Source: Clostridiaceae bacterium (GTDB lineage Bacteria; Bacillota; Clostridia; Saccharofermentanales; DTU023). From it: DNA of 64,000 bases. This document shows positions 58,543 through 64,000 of this stretch, piece by piece. The stretch is from positions 13,546 through 77,545 of the forward strand of contig DUPV01000048.1 of assembly GCA_012838135.1 (NCBI GenBank). Direction: 5' to 3'. The notes beneath the pieces are model-generated. The model saw only the letters and a program-made list of their open reading frames with translations. It was not told the origin of the DNA and ran no database searches. Positions within the stretch are counted from its first letter, which is position 1; every line of letters starts with the position of its first letter. Both the position numbers and the translations under genes were made by a program.

Positions 58543-59625
58543 ATGCAAGGCAAAGGTTACATCAGGTCCTTACCATATGTCACAATTGAAAGCAAAAAAT
58601 TAAAATATAATCTTAAAACAATTCGAGATATGCTAGAGGAGAAAGGGCTCACAGCACATTATGCTACTCAAGGCATATGTGCCTATGAACCTTTGCTTAA
58701 ATTAATGGCGGAAGCGGGGGTGCGCAATTTTGCAGATTCCCGTTTGGATAACTTGGTCCGGTCAAAGCCATATGCTGATTCAACTTTATTAACCAGGATT
58801 CCGATGATTTCCGAAGCCAGAATGATAGTTAACAAAGTGGATATTTCTTTTAATTCTGAATTGGATACAATTTTTGCTTTATCTGATGCTGCAGTTGTAG
58901 AAAGAAAAGTTCACGGCATTATTCTGCAAGTGGAACTGGGGGATCTGGGTGCCGGAATTTTGCCGGAAGATTTATTGAATACTGTTCATCAAATCCTCAA
59001 TTTACGTGGAGTAAAACTAAGAGGAATCGGTACTGATTTTAATTCTTTTTCCGGTTCAATTGCTACATTAGAAAAATTACAAGAATTTGCCTCAATGATT
59101 AGTCAAATTGAATCAAGGTTTAGTATTGAATTGGAATATGTGTCAGGTGGAAATTCCGGCACAATTCCTCTGATAGACTCGGAGGATTTTCCAACGAAGG
59201 TGAATCATTTGATCTTAGGCGAAGCATGGTTGTTGGGTAAAGATGCATCTCACGGCTATCGTATCAAAAATTTACACCAGGACGTGTTTAGTTTAAATAG
59301 TGAAATCATCGAAAATCAACGTAAAAACTCGCAACCGACCGGACCTATAGGAAAAAATTATCAGGATCAAGTCCTGGAATTTGAGGATATCGGTATAATA
59401 CGTCGCATTATTTTAGCGCTTGGCTCACAAGATGTTGATTTCAGCGGTATTACACCACAAGAAAAAGGTATTGACTACATTGGATCAACACCTGATATTT
59501 CAGTTTTTGATATATCGGAATATAATCGAGACTTGGAAATTGGGGATAAAATAAGTTTTTCATTGAATTATTCCGCTTTAAATAGGATTTTTTCGTCAGA
59601 ATATGTTAACAAGGTGCTTGTTTAA
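58543..59625 (+). CDS. Alanine/ornithine-racemase-fold (COG3457/YhfX-like) protein, possibly lacking the PLP lysine
   Basis: N-terminal barrel motif region KGLTAHYATQGICAYEPLLKLMAEAGVRNFADSRLDNL. Its stop overlaps the alr start (ATGA-type junction at 59625). Confidence 0.6.
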   Translation: MQGKGYIRSLPYVTIESKKLKYNLKTIRDMLEEKGLTAHYATQGICAYEPLLKLMAEAGVRNFADSRLDNLVRSKPYADSTLLTRIPMISEARMIVNKVDISFNSELDTIFALSDAAVVERKVHGIILQVELGDLGAGILPEDLLNTVHQILNLRGVKLRGIGTDFNSFSGSIATLEKLQEFASMISQIESRFSIELEYVSGGNSGTIPLIDSEDFPTKVNHLILGEAWLLGKDASHGYRIKNLHQDVFSLNSEIIENQRKNSQPTGPIGKNYQDQVLEFEDIGIIRRIILALGSQDVDFSGITPQEKGIDYIGSTPDISVFDISEYNRDLEIGDKISFSLNYSALNRIFSSEYVNKVLV

Positions 59626-60809
59626 TGAAATTAAATTCAACAGATCTCAAAACTCAGCGCAGTTGGTGTGAGTTGTCAGGAGCGGCATTAAAACACAATA
59701 TTAAACAAATATCTCAGAATTTGCCTGTTTCTACACAAAAGATGGCTGTAGTAAAGGCTGATGCATATGGTCATGGTGCAGTTTGGGTTGCCGAACAAGC
59801 TTTGACAGCCGGTTGTACATATTTGGCAGTGGCCACGATTGAAGAAGCTGTAGTTTTGCGTCAAGCCGAAATAACAGCTCCGATCTTGATTTTATCTCCT
59901 TATTGCGAAGGTTTGCTTGAAATTTTAATTGAACAAAAATTATCTCAAACTGTGGCTTCGGAATTTGATGTGAATGCTTTGTTAAACGACTTGCAATCTT
60001 ATCTGACTGCGAATAATCTTGTGAAGTTGGCTCATCCGATAAAAATTCATATTAAAATCGATACCGGTATGAATCGGATCGGCTTTCCGGTAAAAGAGAT
60101 GATCTCATCTGAACTGGTTACTTCCGTAATTAAATTAGCGGAAAATGACAATTTGGATTTGGAGGGTATATTTACCCATTTTGCTGTTGCAGACGAACCG
60201 CAAAAAGATTTCACGCAAGTACAATTCAATCGTTTCCAAAAAATTATTAAAAAATTAGCGACGAAAAACATAATATTCAAAATTAAGCATTGTTCCAACA
60301 GTGCCGCAGCAATTTTCTTACCTGAGGTTGCTCTTGACTATGTGCGCTTAGGAATTGCAATGTACGGTTGGTGTCCTAATTCAGAGATTAAAGAAAAGTT
60401 ACAACTAAAACCGGTGATGAGTTTTTTCTCGAAAATATCAAGTATTCATCGAACGTCAGTCAATGAAACGGTCGGATATGGTCAAACATATACTACACAA
60501 AGAAATACTCTGATCGGTACAATTGAAACCGGTTATGCAGATGGTCTTGATCGCCATCTTTCAAATACCGGGACTGTTATAATTAAAGGAAAGACTGTGC
60601 CTATAATCGGACGTATCTGTATGGATCGTACAATGCTTGATTTAACGGATTTACCACAGACAACAATTGGTGATGAAGTCTTGATATTCGGTCAGGATCA
60701 TAATGGTATTTATCGAGATTTGGACGATTTAGCCGAGCAAGCCGGTACGATTTCTTATGAAATCTTATGTGGCATTAATCAGAGAATACCCAAAATAATC
60801 ATAGATTAA
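59625..60809 (+). CDS. alr: Alanine racemase
   Basis: Contains MAVVKADAYGHG (PLP Lys), KIDTGMNRIGF and GYADG. Confidence 0.92.
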   Translation: MKLNSTDLKTQRSWCELSGAALKHNIKQISQNLPVSTQKMAVVKADAYGHGAVWVAEQALTAGCTYLAVATIEEAVVLRQAEITAPILILSPYCEGLLEILIEQKLSQTVASEFDVNALLNDLQSYLTANNLVKLAHPIKIHIKIDTGMNRIGFPVKEMISSELVTSVIKLAENDNLDLEGIFTHFAVADEPQKDFTQVQFNRFQKIIKKLATKNIIFKIKHCSNSAAAIFLPEVALDYVRLGIAMYGWCPNSEIKEKLQLKPVMSFFSKISSIHRTSVNETVGYGQTYTTQRNTLIGTIETGYADGLDRHLSNTGTVIIKGKTVPIIGRICMDRTMLDLTDLPQTTIGDEVLIFGQDHNGIYRDLDDLAEQAGTISYEILCGINQRIPKIIID

Positions 60810-60883
60810 TCTGCCGGAAGATAATTTGTTTACTGGTAAATTATCTTCTGAAAAATAATAATAATTATAAAACGGAGAATAAT

Positions 60884-61180
60884 ATGGTAGAAAATATTTT
60901 ACAAAATCTATATCGTATGGTAGAAGATCGTCGTAAGAATCCTGTAGTTGCATCTTATACTAATTATTTACAAGATAAAGGTGATGATTACATTGCGCGC
61001 AAAATCGGTGAAGAAACTATCGAACTGATTCTTGCACTCAAAGATAAAGAAAAGGACGCGATTATTCATGAAACTGCAGATGTCCTTTATCACCTTACAG
61101 TAGCTATCGAAAATATGGGAATTACGTGGGATGATATTGCGAATGAAATGGGAAGCCGAAGAATTGCCGGATTTCATTAA
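60884..61180 (+). CDS. hisE: Phosphoribosyl-ATP pyrophosphohydrolase-like (HisE/MazG-type all-alpha NTP-PPase)
   Basis: Contains LYRMVEDRRKNPVVASYTNYLQDKGDDYIARKIGEETIELILA...ETADVLYHLTV. Confidence 0.75.
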   Translation: MVENILQNLYRMVEDRRKNPVVASYTNYLQDKGDDYIARKIGEETIELILALKDKEKDAIIHETADVLYHLTVAIENMGITWDDIANEMGSRRIAGFH

Positions 61181-61236
61181 AAGCACAATATGTATTAAAT
61201 CTTTAAATTAGACAAAGCTAATCTTTTGATTTCTAC

Positions 61237-61265
61237 TTGTTTCAAGAGATAGAGTTTGTTAAAAT
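61237..61265 (+). promoter_or_regulatory. Possible promoter of the ferredoxin gene
   Basis: TTGTTT, 17-nt spacer, TGtTAAAAT (extended -10). Confidence 0.4.
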
Positions 61266-61297
61266 ATAAACGTGTTAAGCGTAAGGAGGAAAACTAA

Positions 61298-61468
61298 ATG
61301 GCTCATGTAATTTCAGATCAATGCATCATGTGTGGTGCTTGTGCAGATGAGTGTCCGGTAAGCTGTATCTCCGCTGGTGATACTATATATGTTATTGATC
61401 CGGACGCATGTATAGATTGTGGTGCTTGTGCTGCAGTATGCCCGGTTGGTGCAATAGATCAAGAATAG
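61298..61468 (+). CDS. fdx: Clostridial-type 2x[4Fe-4S] ferredoxin, 56 aa (below ORF-track cutoff)
   Basis: Hand translation MAHVISDQCIMCGACADECPVSCISAGDTIYVIDPDACIDCGACAAVCPVGAIDQE, with two CxxCxxCxxxCP motifs. AGGAGG RBS 8 nt upstream. Confidence 0.9.
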   Translation: MAHVISDQCIMCGACADECPVSCISAGDTIYVIDPDACIDCGACAAVCPVGAIDQE

Positions 61469-61498
61469 TATCAAACAATTATTAAAATTAAATTGAAG

Positions 61499-61528
61499 GA
61501 GCTGCTCAATTGAGTCAGCTCTTTTTTT
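61499..61528 (+). terminator. Intrinsic terminator after ferredoxin
   Basis: GAGCTGCTCA ... TGAGTCAGCTC stem followed by TTTTTTT. Confidence 0.7.
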
Positions 61529-61652
61529 ATTGATGGTTTGAATTAACCTTGCATTTTGTCGTTTTTATGGTGAGAATAGCGCAATTTTCAGCTCATTACA
61601 ACTCAAATTGAAATTGAATTTAATTGATATTTGCAAATTGTAATTGTGCAAA

Positions 61653-62516
61653 TTAATTTTTTTTAAATTCAAGTGCAATTTGGTATAACTTGTTTTTATT
61701 TATTTTATATTTAGCCGATAAAAAATATACAGCAGATTTCATTTTCATTCCGCCTGCCAATAGCTGTTCCAAGTCAATAATCGCCTGATGTTCAATTTCC
61801 GCTTGAAGATCCGCTTGTGGCTGACTGTTTTCGGCTAAAAACTCTGCTTGTCCCTCCAAAACCAGAACAAACTCACCACGCGGATTTTCTTGTTGATAAT
61901 GCCGATAAACATTATCAACTGTACCCCGGACATAAGTTTCATGTTTTTTGGTAAGTTCACGTCCCACAGCAATTCTTCTTTTGCCAAGTCCTTGTTCAAT
62001 CAAATCTTCAAGTGTTTTCAAAATGCGATGAGGTGCTTCATAGAGAATAATTGAAAATTGATGGTTTGTTATTATTTTTATTTGCTTAGAACGTTCTTTA
62101 CCTTTAACCGGCAAAAAACCGAAAAAAGTAAAGTAATCGGTATTTAGACCTGATGCGGCAAGACAGGTTAAAGCAGCATTTGCACCGGGCAAAGCAACAA
62201 CTTCTATATTTTTTGCAATAAGATTTTTTACTATAATTGAACCCGGATCAGAAATACAGGGCATACCGGCATCCGAAATCAAAGCAATGTTCTCACCAGA
62301 TTCAAGCTTACTAATAATTGTTTTAATTCTACTTTGTTCATTATGCTGATGATAACTGATTAGAGGAGTTTTTATTTCGTATTCTGCTAATAATAACCCT
62401 GAAATTCTGGTGTCTTCCGCTAAGATAAAATCAACATATTTCAGGATTTCAATTGCTCTGTATGTAATATCAGCAAAATTTCCAATCGGAACCGGCACTA
62501 AATACAATTTTCCCAT
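61653..62516 (-). CDS. rsmI: 16S rRNA (cytidine1402-2'-O)-methyltransferase RsmI
   Basis: Contains GKLYLVPVPIGNFADITYRAIEIL and ILAEDTR. ATG at 62516 lies 10 nt after AGAGGA. Confidence 0.9.
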   Translation of the reverse strand: MGKLYLVPVPIGNFADITYRAIEILKYVDFILAEDTRISGLLLAEYEIKTPLISYHQHNEQSRIKTIISKLESGENIALISDAGMPCISDPGSIIVKNLIAKNIEVVALPGANAALTCLAASGLNTDYFTFFGFLPVKGKERSKQIKIITNHQFSIILYEAPHRILKTLEDLIEQGLGKRRIAVGRELTKKHETYVRGTVDNVYRHYQQENPRGEFVLVLEGQAEFLAENSQPQADLQAEIEHQAIIDLEQLLAGGMKMKSAVYFLSAKYKINKNKLYQIALEFKKN

Positions 62517-62909
62517 TGTTATCAAATCCTCTTTTTCTTACTTTTAGATCAATTTTCCTAATCTTCATTTAACAAAAACTTTCTATTATAATAATTATCT
62601 GTTTTTAGAGACTGAATAGCAACAATAAATCTTAAAAGGATTGCACCGGATTGATGCAGATTTGACAAATCAAAAAACGATTAGTGAAATCAAAAGGGCT
62701 TTTGCCAACATTTTTTGCATAAGTTGCGATGTTGTGAAAATTGCAGGATAAGATTAAATTTAATTTTATTTTATTTAAATTCAATTTATTTTGTATCTTA
62801 TATAGATTTTAACGATATGTATATGATAAGATTTATGCAATCGTCTACATTTTATAGGCAGATAGAAATGATTCGATATTAATATGTAAGGATCTGAAAG
62901 GAGCTAAAT

Positions 62910-63578
62910 ATGGATCTGAGCACACGATTAAAACGATTTAAAGAGACTGAATACGATATTAACAGAGAAAAATACGATAAAATTGTAGCATCACAAAATC
63001 CGCATACGTTATTTATCACTTGCTCCGATTCGCGCATTGATGTGGAAAAGATTTTACAAGCTGATCCGGGTGAAATTTTTCACATCCGAAATATTGCGAA
63101 TATCGTACCACGCGAAAAAGAGCCCGATAACCATCCTTCCGTCATATCAGCAATTGAATATGCTGTTAAAGTGTTAGGAGTGGAGAACATTGTTGTCTGT
63201 GGTCACTCCAATTGTGGCGGTTGTGCAGCTATGATGCATGTTCAGGACTATGAAACAAAATTACCGTACACGTCAGAATGGATTAGACAGAGCATTTTGA
63301 TCCGAGATTGTGTCAAGGAAAAGTATTCTGAATTATCTGAAGCTGAACAGTTAGAGAAGCTAGAGAAATTAAATATGGTTCAACAGCTTGACAATCTGAT
63401 GACCTACGATTTTGTTGCGGAAAAGGTCAATGCCGGAACACTTAAATTACTGGGCTTATATTTTGATATTAGCACAGGTGTCGTTTCTGAATATGTCTTT
63501 GACGAAGAGATGGATGATCTTGTAAAAGAAATCATAAAGAGACGAGAAAAACAATTTCAGACGGAAGCAACAACTTAA
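62910..63578 (+). CDS. Beta-class carbonic anhydrase
   Basis: Contains CSDSR and HSNCGG zinc-ligand motifs. Confidence 0.88.
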   Translation: MDLSTRLKRFKETEYDINREKYDKIVASQNPHTLFITCSDSRIDVEKILQADPGEIFHIRNIANIVPREKEPDNHPSVISAIEYAVKVLGVENIVVCGHSNCGGCAAMMHVQDYETKLPYTSEWIRQSILIRDCVKEKYSELSEAEQLEKLEKLNMVQQLDNLMTYDFVAEKVNAGTLKLLGLYFDISTGVVSEYVFDEEMDDLVKEIIKRREKQFQTEATT

Positions 63579-63634
63579 ATCTCCGGGTATGCTCAGATAA
63601 TGATTTCTAAACTTATTATACGATTTGTATTTAG

Positions 63635-63667
63635 AAAGGAATGACTCAAAAAGCCATTCCTTTTTTC
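63635..63667 (+). terminator. Intrinsic terminator after carbonic anhydrase
   Basis: AAGGAATGAC ... GCCATTCCTT stem followed by TTTTT. Confidence 0.7.
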
Positions 63668-63905
63668 AACTTTCCCACATTTGCTTACTTTTTCAGACCG
63701 GTAAATAAAAATTCCACAGCTCTAAAAAATTAATGTAATCTGTAATAATGAACAAATATAAATTTTCTTTTTTCTAAAAACTAACCAAATCGGGAATAGT
63801 GATTAAATTTAATACATATTTTTTGTAAAAACCATTTTAATCATGAATAATAAATATATAAAGTTTTTAAATATAAAAAAAACATTGAATCGGGAGTAAT
63901 AGTGT

Positions 63906-64000
63906 ATGCAAAAAATCAGGATGACAACACCGCTTGTTGAAATAGATGGCGATGAGATGACAAGAATAATTTGGCAAATGATTAAAGATCAGTTGATTTT
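63906..64000 (+). CDS. icd: NADP-isocitrate dehydrogenase, N-terminal fragment (runs off window)
   Basis: [31 protein letters not shown] matches the V-E[11 protein letters not shown] start of eukaryote-like (type II) IDH. Confidence 0.75.
   Translation, partial: MQKIRMTTPLVEIDGDEMTRIIWQMIKDQLI

Noticed and set aside
1-64000. CRISPR arrays, rRNA, prophage, IS elements and integrases
   Set aside because: I saw no regularly spaced direct repeats, and no recombinase, transposase, capsid or terminase-like translations in any listed ORF. The accessory regions are therefore not demonstrably mobile.

Overview
The window reads as a gene-dense chromosomal segment of a low-GC Gram-positive bacterium (Bacillota, probably Clostridia-like). 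All calls come from motif reading by eye, with no searches or folding run, and start codons are best guesses from RBS spacing. Recognisable core genes are leuS (3' part), an MBOAT+DHHW O-acyltransferase pair, a ydjI/G/H-like membrane-stress cluster, mreB, rho, secG and dhaKLM. Further along are an SDR, RNase R, mtaB, ireB-ruvX-DUF1292, an alaX-like gene, hpt, aroE and ctsR-mcsA-mcsB-clpC. The window ends with a nine-gene V-type ATPase operon, two racemase-fold genes, hisE, a 56-aa ferredoxin missing from the ORF track, rsmI, a beta-carbonic anhydrase and the start of icd. There are four tRNAs: Ser-GGA alone, and an Asp-Phe-Val operon. I found no CRISPR array, rRNA, integrase or transposase. 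The regions most worth a second look are: (1) an 850-bp ORF-free, purine-rich gap (36411-37260) with a near-consensus promoter and 5'/3'-end complementarity, a candidate ~650-nt structured RNA; (2) an AT-rich accessory module (39980-42582) with divergent XRE regulators, a 2-TM protein and a cytoplasmic HEXXHXXGXXD metallopeptidase; (3) a codon-usage-discordant block beside tRNA-Ser carrying an orphan pilin, an NrnB-like DHH protein and a degenerate-GGDEF/EAL sensor; (4) a ~205-nt imperfect inverted repeat between clpC and the V-ATPase operon; (5) a racemase paralog that seems to lack the PLP lysine.
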